A DNA stretch of 64,000 nt, taken from contig MU053557.1 of the NCBI GenBank assembly GCA_013239625.1, forward strand, positions 2,634,123-2,698,122. Reading direction: 5' to 3'. Numbering within the stretch: position 1 is the first letter of the stretch; each line of letters starts with the position of its first letter. Source of the DNA: Lama guanicoe. Taxonomy: Eukaryota. Both the position numbers and the translations under genes were made by a program. Positions 13,400-25,870 of this stretch are shown here, in pieces. The notes under the pieces were generated by a model, which saw only the letters and a program-made list of their open reading frames with translations, ran no database searches and was not told where the DNA came from.

Positions 13400-14570
13400 G
13401 AATGAATGGTGGAAAATGTGAACAGTCATTGTTGAGAGCAATTTGACAGTAACTGTTATGATAAAATCCTTCAACTCAGCAATTCCACTCAATGCATCTT
13501 TACTAGAAAAATTCTGGTCCATGTGCTAAAGAGGTATAAGCAAGCACCCCTGTTGCTGTGTTATCTGTAGGGGTGAAAATCTGAAATCAATCTCAAGGTG
13601 TATCTAGCAAGAGGAGAATGATTAATAAATAAAGGGTGGAATAGTATGCAGCAGTTAAAAGAATAAGCCAGTACACTTAAGATAGCACATATAACAATTT
13701 GTCCATCGTAAGACTGACTGAATGATGAATGCAAATTACAGAATCATGTGTGCCTTTGCCTTATGTGGTGGTTTTAAAATGTGTCCAGAAATTCTTTGAT
13801 TCTCCTCCTTTAGCAGGTGGAGCTTAATTAGCCTCTCCTCAAATGTGGGCCAGACTGAGTGGCTCACTTCTAATGAAAAGAATATGGAATAAATGACAAT
13901 GTGTCACTTCTATGAGTAGCTCATAAAAAGGCATTGTGGCTTCCTCCTTGGTCTCTTGGGCCCTCTCACTCTCTTATCACGTGCTCTAGAGGAGGCCAGC
14001 TGCCATGTTGTCAGAACACTCAAGGAGCCCTGTGGAATGGTCCAAGTGGCAGCCTTTGGCCAGCAACCAAAGGGACCGAGTCTTCCAATCAACAGCCATG
14101 AGTGAGCCATCAGGGAAACAGATCCTCCAGCTCCAGTCCAGCCTTCAAAGGACCCCAGTCCTGGCTTACATCCTAACTATAACTTCCTGAGAGACCACGA
14201 GCCACAACCTCCCCAGTATAGTCATCCATGGATTCCTCCCTCTTGGAATATTAAAGGTTTTAGATACTAAAAGTAGGTTATTTCAAATCACCAAGTTTTG
14301 TGAGAGCAATCAATAACTAGTATGCCATTTATAGAAACATAAATTTTAAAAGTTTAATACATATGCAGAGAGACAAATGTGTAGAGAAAGCTCTGGAAGG
14401 AGATGCACCAGAGCGACAGTGGTTACTGCTCAAGAGTAGGGTTGGGAGGTGAAACTAGCTTCACCTGTTTTCTGTGTGTGTGTGTGTGTGTTTTTTTTTT
14501 GTACAAGACTTTGTAAATGTAATACTGGCATAATTTTTAAAAAATAGAAAAAGGAAGGAAATGTAATTTA
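13400..14570 (+). mobile_element. Old L1 (L1ME-like) 3' region split by the MLT1F LTR
   Basis: CTTCAACTCAGCAATTCCACT and GGAATAGTATGCAGCAGTTAAAAGAAT lie before the LTR; TCTGGAAGGAGATGCACCAGA...GTGGTTACT lies after it. Confidence 0.65.
13764..14322 (+). mobile_element. MaLR LTR, MLT1F-like, inserted into an old L1ME fragment
   Basis: Starts TGTGGTGGTTTTAAAATGTGTCCAGAAATTCTTTGAT, has internal GCCAGCTGCCATGTTGTCAGAACACTCAAGGAGCCC and ends CAATAACTAGTA. Confidence 0.85.
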
Positions 14571-15839
14571 AAACCCACTACTTTGGAATTCCATGGTAAG
14601 TCAGACAAGGCTGAAGCTTACCTTTGATCATCACCAAGAAAGAAAGTTGCTTAGCAAACTTGTTTAATAATAAACAAGGTGATTAGTGGACCTCTCTGAC
14701 CTATGCAGGAAAGCCAACTCCTGTCAGTTACTCTTAGAAATCACCTCAGCATAATAGGTTGTATACAATAAGTGAGTATTTTTAGCCATGTTTCTTATCT
14801 ATTGGTGAAGCAGGTCAAAGAGACCTTTAATTGGACAACCCTGATTGGCAATATTCTTACTCCCACAGAGTAGCCAGATTCTTCTGAAAGGGACAAAGGT
14901 ACCTCCATTGAGAAAACCAAGTTATCTATTAATGCACACTGCTCTTATCAAGTAGTTTAAAATCAAAGAGGTTACGTTGTCAGGCTAAGGTTATGGAAAA
15001 AGTATTTTTAAAGTAACTTTTTATTGGATTTCTTTTAGGCTTGTGCTAATTTGTTTTTCAACTCTGAGCCTGGGGGTCTGCATCGTTTAATGGAAGTTCT
15101 GTGGCCAGGACCCTGATCCCTGTCAATGGCTAGACTGGCTGCAGGCACCAAAGCTTCATGCATTTTCAGTGGAATTGGGTCCAGAGCTTAGTGCAAAATG
15201 CCTTTTGGGTGACTGACCAGAAATTCAATCACAGCACATTCATTTCAAAAATCCCTTTCATGTATCATTTAGAAGCAGGCTGCATATTAAAATTTGCATA
15301 TCTCTGACCCTGGATTTTGGAAACATGGGAGAAGAATTAATTTCTGTTTAGTTTTCAGGATGATGGGAGGGAATAAACCAGAGGGATTTCCTTTCCTTGA
15401 CTACTGAGTAGATTTAGTGCTTCTGAAAGATTCTAAACCAGCAGTTCTGTAACATAAGCCACTGTCCCATGGAACTCGGGAGTAAGAATAACTAACATTT
15501 ATAGAGCGTTTTACACTCTACAAAGTGCGTTAGCATTCACTGCCTCATTTAATGGGCAGAGAGGCTCTTAATTACGCTTTCTGATGAGGGGACAATGATT
15601 CTTTCAATCCCAGTCTCTGCAGAGATTACTCTGGTTGTCCTTTCACATGGACACACTAAAGAAATAACGATGCCTGGCGGTAGCCTCCCCAGGCTGGGAA
15701 AGAGTACACTGTAGCAGGTGTGAGACTGTTCATTTCCCCCTGCTGCTGCAGGTTTCCAGTTTCTTTCCAGGAACTCAAATGTGTATGTGACCTTGGCTAC
15801 AGGAAGACAGGAAGGTTAGAAGGTTAGAAGGTAATTGCA

Positions 15840-16100
15840 GGGGCTCCAGAGCCTGGATGCCTGGGCTTGAAGCCTGGCTCTGTCATCCTCTAGCTGCGTC
15901 GACTTGAGCATATTATTTACCTGTTAAATATTTAAGATGATCTAATTGCTTAGTTTTCTCATCTGAAAAATGGGGCTGGTAATAATCACACAAACATCAT
16001 AGGGTTTTCATGAGAAATAAATGAGTGAATTCATGCAGAGGCCTCAAGGGAGTGTCTGGTGCATCGTGAACACTTGGTAACCGCTGCTACTGTTACTGTT
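15840..16100 (+). mobile_element. MIR SINE
   Basis: GGCTCCAGAGCC...CCTGGCTCTGTCA...TAGTTTTCTCATCTGAAAAATGGGG...ATAGGGTT...AAATGAG. Confidence 0.8.
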
Positions 16101-16265
16101 GGGTACAATGAGCTGCATTTTAGGTTGGGAAGGTCACATTCGTCATTCGTTCATTCAAGGTATTGCTGAGCGGCTGTCTGCTGGGCACACTACCAAGCTC
16201 TGAGGATGTACCAGATGGGTCCCTTCTCCTCAGGAGGCTTGCATTCAGGTGGAAGAATTAAATTA

Positions 16266-16400
16266 AAAGTAATGAATTTGCAGCAACATGGATAGACCAA
16301 GAGCAGTCAGTCAGATAAAGTCAAACATCCTATGATATAGCTTACATGTGGAATCTAAAAAGTGATACAAATGAATATGTATTCTATATAAATATCTATT
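16266..16400 (+). mobile_element. L1 fragment (ORF2 end / 3'UTR start)
   Basis: ATTTGCAGCAACATGGATAGACC...TATGATATAGCTTACATGTGGAATCTAAAAA. Confidence 0.8.
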
Positions 16401-18519
16401 ACACACATACGCATATATTTAAAGATAGTACTGGCTGTCGTGTGGGGCGAGGATTGTGGAACAGGGGGACTAGGGTTGGAGCATAATAACTGAAGAGACA
16501 TGTGCCAACAGAGAAGTACAAAGTGCCAACAGCGTTCAAGGGAAGATGTGCAGAACCAGAGAAGGGAGCACCATGTGAGGTGACCTTGAAGAGGGCAGTG
16601 CTTCTAGACATGCAAGGGCGTCTAGAAAACACAGATGGCTTCACTCATTGTTGTATGTCTTGCAAAGAGGCCATATAGATCTTCCCTTGTGGTATCCCAA
16701 ATTTACCATATGGACCTTGGAAATCTGAAAACAGGTGCAATAGCAGGAGGGAATGCTGGTGTATCTCTCGTATCCCAAATTACAGTGGCACTTGGATTAC
16801 CCCGTGGCACCCAATGGCAAGAAAGTTCCTGAAATAACCACAACTTAATCTGCACCCAAGGAGAACCGATTGCCTTGACCTCGCCTTGGCTTCTGAAGGC
16901 AAAGGAAAACCATAGAGCCTGATTTCCATTCTCCACACAGCTCTGAGGTTAAAGGTAACCCTTCTACACCCTGAGCTGAAGCTGGGTAAACACTGGCAGA
17001 CTGATGTCTGAATGAAAACGACCCAGGCGCTCCCAGTGAAAGCTGCACAGACATGTCCAATCAAAGAGCTCGCACAGGGACACTATTCCTCGGGTGGTTT
17101 TGTTCACATCATGGTTCTGTTTATGCCGTATTTCTGCCAGGGAGGCCACCCCCACCTGTCAATATGCACATCAGTGATGTTGGCATTCTCAGGAGTTGCT
17201 CATATGAGCATGCTCCTCAGATTAGAGGTTTACAGTGGTCCTATGACTGGCATTCCAAATGACTGCCCCAAATTCCAACCTGCAGCAGCAAAAGAACATG
17301 CGAACATGCCTCTGGGGAGCTGGGTTCAAATCTCAACTTTGCCATCCACCAGCTTTGTGATTCTGGGCCAGAAACCCTCACCCTTTGAAGTTCAGTTTCC
17401 TCTGGGCTAAAAGTGCCATCCTCTACCTCAACAGTTTGTCATGAGGATGCACTACGATGCATGTCAAGGTATTTTACCAAATTCTTAAAATACAAATACG
17501 GCACTGTCATCAGTATCACCTAGTAACATCAAGTGTCTACACGGTATTTAACAATGTTTAACTCTTTTCATTGGCTGAATTTAATCAGCCAATTAATGAG
17601 GTCTGTCCTAAATCGACTCCACGAGAGGCAAAAACCCTTGTCTGATTTTTGTTCCCCCAGCAGAGCACCAGTACTTGGTAGGTGCCTGGTATCCACGTGC
17701 TGAATGAGAGAAGGAAGAATGAACAAAACCACTCAAGGAAGGGCGAGCATCCCTTTGTGGGAGATGGAATATCACTCCCGTGTCACAAGTATATTCTGGC
17801 ACCAGAAGGGTTTAGTTGTGCTACAAGCTCAAACTTCACAGTTAAATCTGCGGGGGAACAGGCCCTGCCCCTGCCTCTCCAGCATCTGAAGTTTGTCCAC
17901 TTCCGACCCCTGCTTTCTCCCACTTGTGATGTTTTTCCCAATGGAGTGAAAGCCTGCTGCTTTCTTCTTGCAGTCTTTCAGTTTGCTTCCTTAAGCCATC
18001 TGCTCCTTTATGTCAAAACGTATTGATTTTATTTGAAAACTTTTAATTAGAAGCTTCCAGGCAGTGGCAGAGTTAAGTTTAGAAGCTTCCAGCTTGTCTC
18101 ATCCACAGCAGCTGCAGTAAAGGCAATAAGGCTTAGGATTTAAATTTGTTATTATCTCCACGTTGATGTCATTTTCTTTCCCCCTGCTATTGCATTGTTC
18201 CAGGAAGTTACATAAGGCTCAAGAGCCACCAGATTAATACCGCTTCTTAGAACTGACCTTTCAGGGATTTTTCCTTATGTGATCAGATGCTGGCAAAGCT
18301 ATGATAATAAGTAATATAGTTCTTCCTCTTACCTCACCTTTTACCCCGAGATGACTGAAAGCTTTACACACAATAATTAAGCCAATCTCATTACACTCCA
18401 GGAGAAAGGAATTATCCACTGCAGAAAACTAAAACTGACTTTAACGGCACCTTAGCACCACATTTAGTGTCAGCCAATAAGCAGTAGAATGACATCTGTT
18501 CTAGTCTATCCAAGAACTG

Positions 18520-18875
18520 TCTCTACCTCCTCCCTCCCTTCCCTGTGGGCTTGGAAAATTCCTACTCAGCCTGTAAGACTCTGCTCCAGTATCACCTACT
18601 CCAGGAAGCCTCCCTTCCTTCACCTTCCAGGTTCAATTAGGTGCATCCCACCCCCTTTCTCTTCCCAACATCCTCTGTCTGTATCTTCATACAACCCTTA
18701 GTGGAAGTTTTGCAGTTTGTATTCTTGTTAATCGCTCCTCCTGGACTTCAGCTTACTGAAGACATGTACTTGTTTTTCTCACCAAGTACATGCACACATG
18801 AATTATTTTGGTGCTGCCCCCCACCATTTATCCCATAGTCTGGCACATAGCAGATGTTCGATTCATGTTTGTTTA
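18520..18875 (+). mobile_element. L2 3' remnant
   Basis: ATCACCTACTCCAGGAAGCCTCCC...CATAGTCTGGCACATAGCAGATGTTC. Confidence 0.7.
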
Positions 18876-18899
18876 ACTGGACAGATTTCTGTTTTTGTT

Positions 18900-19215
18900 T
18901 TTGCTTTTAAGAGACTTAATTATTTGAGCAGTTTTGTAACAATTTGAAGGTCACATACACACACACAAAAACTGAGCAGAAGGTACAGAGATTTCTCAAT
19001 TTTCTCCTGCCCCTACATACACATAGCCTCCTGCGTTATCAGCACCCCCCTTCGTTACAATGGATGAACCTGCGCTGACACTCGTCATCACCCCAAGTTC
19101 GTAGTTTACATCAGGGTTTACTTGGTGCTGTGCACTCTATGGGTCTCGACAAATGTATAATGACATGTCTTCACCATGGTAGTTTCAGAGTAGTTCTACT
19201 GCCCTAAAAATCCTG
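18900..19215 (-). mobile_element. L1MC1-like 3' end
   Basis: AAAACTGAGCAGAAGGTACAGAGATTTC...GTTACAATGGATGAACCT...GACAAATGTATAATGACATG...ACTGCCCTAAAAATCCT. Confidence 0.85.
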
Positions 19216-20009
19216 CTCCGCAGGATTCATTTATCAATCACCAAAGCACTTTCTATAGTACAGCCAGAAAACTCATAGCCTATAATTTAGCACCAAATTG
19301 ATAAAATGAAACAAAACAAAACAAAGCCAATCTGTTCTCATTTCTTGGTAAGGTACACAGACTGGTACATTGAAGGACTCACTGTTCATACTGGTCTAGA
19401 TCACAGCAAATGAAGCAGCTTCTACTGTTTGCCTGACAAGGTTTCAGGGTCCTAACAGGTTTAATGCTGCACATCGTGCCCAGACTAGCAGCTCTCATCC
19501 TATTTTGCACAGCAACACATACAAATGACATGCCTGTGTGGGATGCTCTGATGAACGACCCACTTCTTCTCTCTTTTCTCCTTCACTTGAGAGAGGGCAC
19601 AGGGACAGAAGTGAGAGGGAGGGAGAGCACCATCATTATCTGGAATCTACTCTAATTGATACAAAAAAGCAAAACATTTGTCAGCGCCAGTGCTTTAGCT
19701 GTAGTTAGTAGTTAATTATTGAGAGATGTCTAACAATTACCTTGACACAGTGACAGTGTGTTATAAGAGCATACTTGTGCCTGGCTGACCTGCAACGTGA
19801 CTCTGAGGACAGTGGGAGCAGCCAGTGTTCTTAAGTGACTTTTGGGTAACAGGAAAGGTATGTTTTTTTTGAAGTGGATAAATCTTTTCTATATTGTGTA
19901 TAGAAAAAAACTTAAATGAGATAATTGCACACAAAGCATTCAGCACAGCATGGAACACGCAGCAAACACCCAATGAATTCAGCTGTTCCGTAATAACAAT
20001 GACATTAAT

Positions 20010-20235
20010 AATTACTATTTACTGAGTGCTCATTATGTGCCAGGAACTATGCCAAGTGCTGTATATGTACCCTCTTAATATTCCCAACACACATACAAGG
20101 TATTATTTTAATCCTATTTTGCTAATGAAGTATTTGGAATTTATGTAATTTTCCACTGGGCCACATAGCTACTCATAGCTAGTAAGTGGAAAACTGAGTC
20201 TAGCTGTCTCCAGAATCCAATAAGCTATCCTGCCT
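20010..20235 (-). mobile_element. MIR SINE (back-to-back with a + strand MIR tail at ~19915-19990)
   Basis: TTTACTGAGTGCTCATTATGTGCCAGGAACTATGCCAAGTGCT...CCTATTTTGCTAATGAAG...GCTAGTAAGTGG. Confidence 0.75.
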
Positions 20236-20304
20236 CTTTTAGAGCAAACAAGTGGTGTTTATTAAATGCCTGTGTGCTCCCACAATGTGTTAGGCAGCTG
20301 CCCA

Positions 20305-20331
20305 TGTGGGATGCTCTGATGAACGACCCAC
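20305..20331 (+). repeat. Exact 27-bp copy of 19537-19563
   Basis: TGTGGGATGCTCTGATGAACGACCCAC is present at both sites, 768 bp apart. Confidence 0.95.
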
Positions 20332-23300
20332 GGTATAGATGAAATAAACTCTCTGCCCTCTAGCAACTTCTATTCTAGCTGAAAAGGGCAGGCAGGATAC
20401 TGGAGTGGAAGGTTAGAGGCTATTTTAAGACAGTACATGGTGAACCACCACTTAAGTTTTCAATCTAAATATGGTCCAAGTTTAAAGAAGGAAGAGATCA
20501 AGGGTCTAGGTGGGACAGGAGAGACTTCAGAACTTGGGCTGCATCTGGATCTATCTATATGGTCTGCATACTCTGCTGGGATTCTGTGGGTGGGGAACAG
20601 ACTGAAACTACCTCGGGGTGTGGGGAGGGCTCTCTAAACTTCACTTTCCCCACCCTTAACACACATAGTTGAAGAATTACTAATGAAGTCCACCACGGGT
20701 ATTGACAGAAATAATTATAGAGGGTAGTAATGTGAATCTGGATTCTGCAGTCAGATTGTCTAAGTTCAAATTTGGGCCATGTCCAGTCTCTCTTTGAGCC
20801 TCATAAAATGAGAAATAATAATTACATCCATAAAATGAGAAATAATAATTACAGTAATGAGAAAAGGTATGGGAAGTCCCTAGCACAATGTCTGGTGTGT
20901 ACTGATTATTCAATGCGTGACTGTTAATATTAGTATTTCCCTGGCTTGATGAGGGAGAAAGAGGTGGGAATCACTGATCTCAGATATCTGTCAGACAGTG
21001 AACCGCAGTAAGCTCTCTGCAGGACCTGTGGCAGGGAAGGGGCTGAGGCGGAGCTGACTACACTACACTTTGTATTAATCGTGAGATTTAAAGCTTCTAA
21101 TCTTAAAACATCTTAGGCTGATGGCTCTTCTTAAAGAGCTCGGACTCCAAATGGCCACTTAAACATATTGGAATGGTATGATTTCATAGGACATGCTCTT
21201 GGGACTGGTAGAATTTCTGGAGTGGATAAAATGTTGAAGAGAAAAAGTCAACGGTGTTGGCTAAAACACAAGAAGCGTTTACTGCAGGATATGGACTAAT
21301 CTTTCACATGAGAACAGACAGTAAGACTGAACACTGGGCTCAATGCTATGACTACTCCTGAATTCACTCACTCAAATGTTTCCTGGATGTTCCACTTGCC
21401 CTGTCTATTAAGTGAGGACAATAATAGTATTGACAGCTCCATACAAGGAGTTGTGAGGATTAAACACGGTCATGAAAATGAAGCACTTAGCCCAGTGCCA
21501 GGGACATAGTCAGTACACAACAGACACTTAGCACACTTGTTATTCGAAGTGCAAGGTTAAGACTTTGGGCTACAGAGATAAATAAAATACCTAAGAGTTC
21601 TCGTAACAGTATTCAGTTGCTATTTCTTACACATGTTTGCAAACTCTTTTCGGACAGAGTTCTGGCTGAATACGTTTTATTCATCCCTACCTACCCAGAA
21701 TCAGGCAGAATTTGAAGCACAGTACATGCTTAATAGCTGTGACTCGAATGAATGAACAGATGCATGAGATCCAATCCTTGTGTTTAACAGACTCAGAAGT
21801 GAGGAGAGACATGTAGATGAGAAATTACAATGCAGTGGAATTGTTGTGGTCAAGGGGCTCTGGGTTCACAGGGGCCTGGGTGACTAACATCACTGTCCTG
21901 GAGGCAAACCAGACCAAGCTCAGGTCTGCCCTGCCTCAGGCTGGCAGGTACTAAGTCATGTGTGTAGAATACACCAGCCTCTGACCACAGTCACTTTGAG
22001 TCCTCTAGCTGAGCCTCTGTCATGCGGCTAATGTTCCCACACATTCCACACATCACTGCAGAGACCTGTGACCCCTCCTGACCCCAGGAACAGTTCTGGG
22101 AGCCTGTTCTGTTAGATTTCTGCCCGGAGCACTTGGCCATAACAAAGTGGAGAGGGGAGAAATCAATACAACTTGAACTGAACACACACTTAAAACATCA
22201 GCCTTCAACTCTGGAATCACACCCTTATCACTAACATCCAAACTGCTTTTTCTCCATGATCTGCTCAGCGTTTAGTAAGCAAACACGAAGAAGGAAAGAG
22301 AAATGGCTCCAGGGCACGGCAGGGAAATGTGTTGTTATAAACGGGGACACACACAGTGACAGGTTCCTAGAGCGGAGGAGTGGAAAGAACACAGCCTGTT
22401 GAAATGCCAGTTGCGGATCCTTCGAAATTTTCTCAGCCTCTGTGAGCCTCAGTTATCTCATTTGGAAAGCCTGCGAACTAAGAGTGGTAAGACTGTTTTG
22501 GCAATTTAGGGAGCAGCAATGTCTGCAAAGCATCCTATATATGACCTGGCTCTTGGATGACGCTCAATAAATGGTAGCTTATTGGACCAGCTTTTCTGTT
22601 GCTCGTAAGGAAGGGAGCAAGGCCAAATGCAGTGAACGTGATTGACTAACCACCCAAATAAATGCTGTTGCAATGTAGGTTTCCATAGTTCTGTGTAAAG
22701 AATACTTACTAAACATCCACCATGTGCCACATACTTTTTTTGTTAAGGACCGGGGAACTCAAAGGTGAATAAGACAAGAGCCCTTCCCTATAACACAAAT
22801 CATTTTAAAATAACTCTTAGGAGAGACTTCTTACAAGAGAGAATGTACAAAGTGACAGAAGGCACAGGGATGGGCAAATAGCTCATCATGGAGAAAATGG
22901 AAGCACAAAGTCAGTCTTATGAGACTGGTAGGTAGACAGGGCCTTCCAGATTAATGCAACAGCACTGAAGACAGACAAGCCCAGGATGCCATGGGGTATG
23001 TGGCATGCAGGGACCTGAGGCTGAGACCAACAGGTCTGAAGCAGGGGACAAAAGCCTTGTGGGTCCAGTTTCAAGGGAATGTTTCCTGAAAAGATGTGTC
23101 TTTAAGAAGGGAAGGATTTGCATTGGGACACATCCCTGGCTTCAGGGTAGAATAGGAAGAGCCACTATTTCACAAGTGTTTCAGATGTATTTCTTCATTC
23201 CTTTCCAACCCAAGCAAATACACAAGGCCATTCTTGCAGATGGCCCAGACTGGTTATTATACCCTTGGTTGACCTCTGCACACTTAATCATTCCCTAATG

Positions 23301-23554
23301 GACCAACTGTTTCACGCAGGCCTCTGTCGGCTCTCATGTTCCCTGTTCCCCAAGAGTCCCTGTTCCCTGATTACATACTTGCCCACTTGAGCTACGTCTG
23401 TAACACTGAGTTCATCACCCTCCATTATGCATCTCCACTCAGTCTTAAGTAACCTCAGTGTGGAGGTCACAGGTCCAGCCCTTCTGCTTAAGAAAACTTA
23501 AGTCCCTCTACTCTCCAGAGGTGATCAGTTGTGCCAGCCGAAAGATATCTGTAT

Positions 23555-23925
23555 TGTTGAAAAAGAGACAACAGGCCCCCAGTGGAGTCACTTATGCTAA
23601 GCTACCTCACCAAATTAAGACTTAAAAACTAACTAAATTGCGGTTTCAACTTTCTTCAGGAATGTAATCTGAAGTAGTCAGCCTGGAATCTCCTGGTCAG
23701 AGCACTAGTGAGGTGCTCTGTTTGACAGACCCCGTCTGTCCCCCAGAGAAAGATGAGGTAACCCACTTTCCTCGTCCCTGCCCTCCTTCTAACAGCCTTC
23801 CATTTTGTACAGCTTCCTCAGGGCCCCTTTCTGTCTGCTGCATGGGATGCTGCCAGGTTCATGAATCATTAAAAAAAGCCAATAAGCTCTTGAAAATTTA
23901 CTCAGTTAAATTTTTTTTTAAAACA
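23555..23925 (+). repeat. 5' LTR of the provirus (371 bp)
   Basis: Starts TGTTGAAAAAGAGACAACAGG and ends ...TTAAAACA. Colinear with 31944-32319 (about 75-80% identity by eye) and followed by the PBS. Confidence 0.93.
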
Positions 23926-23929
23926 GTTT

Positions 23930-23947
23930 TGGTGGTAGCAATGAGAT
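23930..23947 (+). other. Primer-binding site, probably tRNA-Leu
   Basis: TGGTGGTAGCAATGAGAT lies 4 nt after the 5' LTR. It matches the complement of the tRNA-Leu 3' end (TGGTGGCAGCGGTGGGAT) at 14/18, and all mismatches are transitions. Confidence 0.65.
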
Positions 23948-24569
23948 CTGGAGCAAATTTCTGATGGTTTTGGGAACAAGGAGAACCACAGGCATGGTAC
24001 CTTTTGCCCTTTGAATTCCCTGTCTTTCTCGCTTTTTCTGAGTTCTGTTCTCTTTGCATCGAGCTCCCAATCTAATGGGCTTTTAAGTCCAGGGCAGGTC
24101 AGCTCGAGTAAGCAAATAGTTCCATTTGGAGCCCAAGCCCCTAGGCCTTGGTTCAGTCCACAATTCCCCATCTGACTGGAAACTCCAGTCCTTGGTTCTG
24201 TCCCCAGATTCCATGTTAAAAACTGCTGCAGTTCCCCATTTGTTTGGAATCAGTTCACAGTCCCCATTCTTTGGGGTTTGCTGATTCATTCCTCTCCCCA
24301 ACCCCCAGTTCCACACTGGGCATTGCTGACCATTGGGAACTGCTACCTAACTCTAAGACTCCCATGTTAGCGTGAGTTGGTCGTGGAATGGGTTAGACTG
24401 ACACTAGGTCACCTGCCAACATCAAGAAAACTTCTGTGCAGTGAATGAGATATACTGTAAAACATTACACAATTCCCAGCTCAGCGGCACATCTCTTTCA
24501 GGTATTAGTTTAGCTATGACAGATCCAAAGTCTTAGCTTGAAAAAAAAAAAAAGGAAAAAGGAAAATAA

Positions 24570-25870
24570 TAATAATTGGATCCTTAAATTCTAAAGAGTT
24601 AAATATGCCACCTTCCAGTATACCTGTTTATTTTATGTCTAAGAACTGTAGTCCCAGCACTGTAGTTAACTACAAAAATGGCAAAATCTTACTAAAAACA
24701 ACCTAAAATGACAATAGCCATTATGGGGAATGTTCTAATGAGGCAAGAGCATTCATTTAAGAAGTGTTCTTGAAAGAAAGGGTTCCAAATTAAACAAACA
24801 GAATGGGCTATCTATTTTAATTGGCACGCAGAAACTTTCAAAGGCTTCAAGATTCCAAAATAGCTTCACTGAAAGATTCACTGCAAAAGGCTAATGAAAA
24901 ATTAAAGACTCGAGAGACACCTGAAATGAAAGAGTAAGGATGATGTGGCTCCCCCTGCTCCTCTCTTTTACCCAAGCACTCATATTCTACTAATTCTCTA
25001 TCTAAACTGCGTTTCAATACTGTAGAGACCATTAAAATAAATCCATTTAATCTTATCCAGCTTGACCTCACATAAAATTCTTTTCCCAAGATTCCTTTCC
25101 CACAAACCATCTACAATTTTGTCCTTTTTTCCCTCTTTCCAATTGTGAAATAACCAGTCTTTCTTTGGAACAAAATTACTTTCCTTTTCTCAGTAAAAAT
25201 GCATCTCCATCCCTTATACCCTCTTTTCCCCAAAACACATATTCTACTTTCCTTATATACAGAGATGTTCTCCTTTATTACTAAAATAAAACCACCCCAG
25301 GTTGCAGGTAATGCTCCTCAGGTATTTTTCACTCTTTGGTCAAAGACCAATCTAAGGGCCATAGTCCAAGAATTTCCTAAATGTCAGGAGGATTCCCCCA
25401 AGTTTTAGGAATAATTAAAAGTCGTTATAGGGGCCTATAGCAGCAGGCTGCCAGATCTTTGTCAGGTGCTGGTAGGACCTAGTGACGTTCAAGAATGGAT
25501 GAAGGAAACAAAATGGCAAAACCCCAAGGGTGATACTGGAGATCCTAACATGGTCCCCTCATGGAACAAAAAAAGCTCAAAATATAGCAACTGCTCTTCT
25601 AAGAGCCATTCCTAGTCTTCCCTGCCACACTAATTGGTCTATTATTCAAACACGCAAACAATAGAAGGATGAATCTGACTTTAAAGTCCATCTGGAAGCT
25701 CTCTCCCTGTGGCATTCTGGGTTTCATACAATAGAAGAGGTCCCCCAGCCTGCTCTGGCTGCCCTGTCAATAGATTATATCCTGAGATTAGGGGACTGAT
25801 AAAAAGACAAAAAAAAAAAATAGGTTGGAAGTTACCAGACTGACTGAATTTGCGACCATAGCTGAGCACT
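24570..25870 (+). pseudogene. gag: ERV gag remnant (MA and CA), disrupted
   Basis: 24676-24735 translates KWQNLTKNNLK*Q*PLWGMF (gamma MA WPxxGxF motif). About 25328-25405 translates FTLWSKTNLRAIVQEFPKCQEDSPKF (CA N-terminus-like). About 25766-25815 translates VNRLYPEIRGLIKRQK. There are multiple stops and an inverted insertion. Confidence 0.75.
25029..25283 (-). repeat. Inverted copy of ERV internal segment 28755-29015 inserted into gag
   Basis: The reverse complement aligns end-to-end with 28755-29015 (e.g. GAACATCTCTGTAT.TAAGGAAAGTAGAA, TAAGGGATGGAGATGCATTTTTA, AAGCTGGATAAGATTAAATG). Identity is about 88% by manual count. Confidence 0.92.

Noticed and set aside
20316..20350. Hammerhead-ribozyme-like core (CTGATGA...GAAA) or C/D-box motif at the duplicated 27-mer
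   Set aside because: The sequence between CTGATGA and GAAA cannot form stem II, no stems I or III are evident, and the GAAA comes from the flanking L2. There is no snoRNA terminal stem or box spacing.
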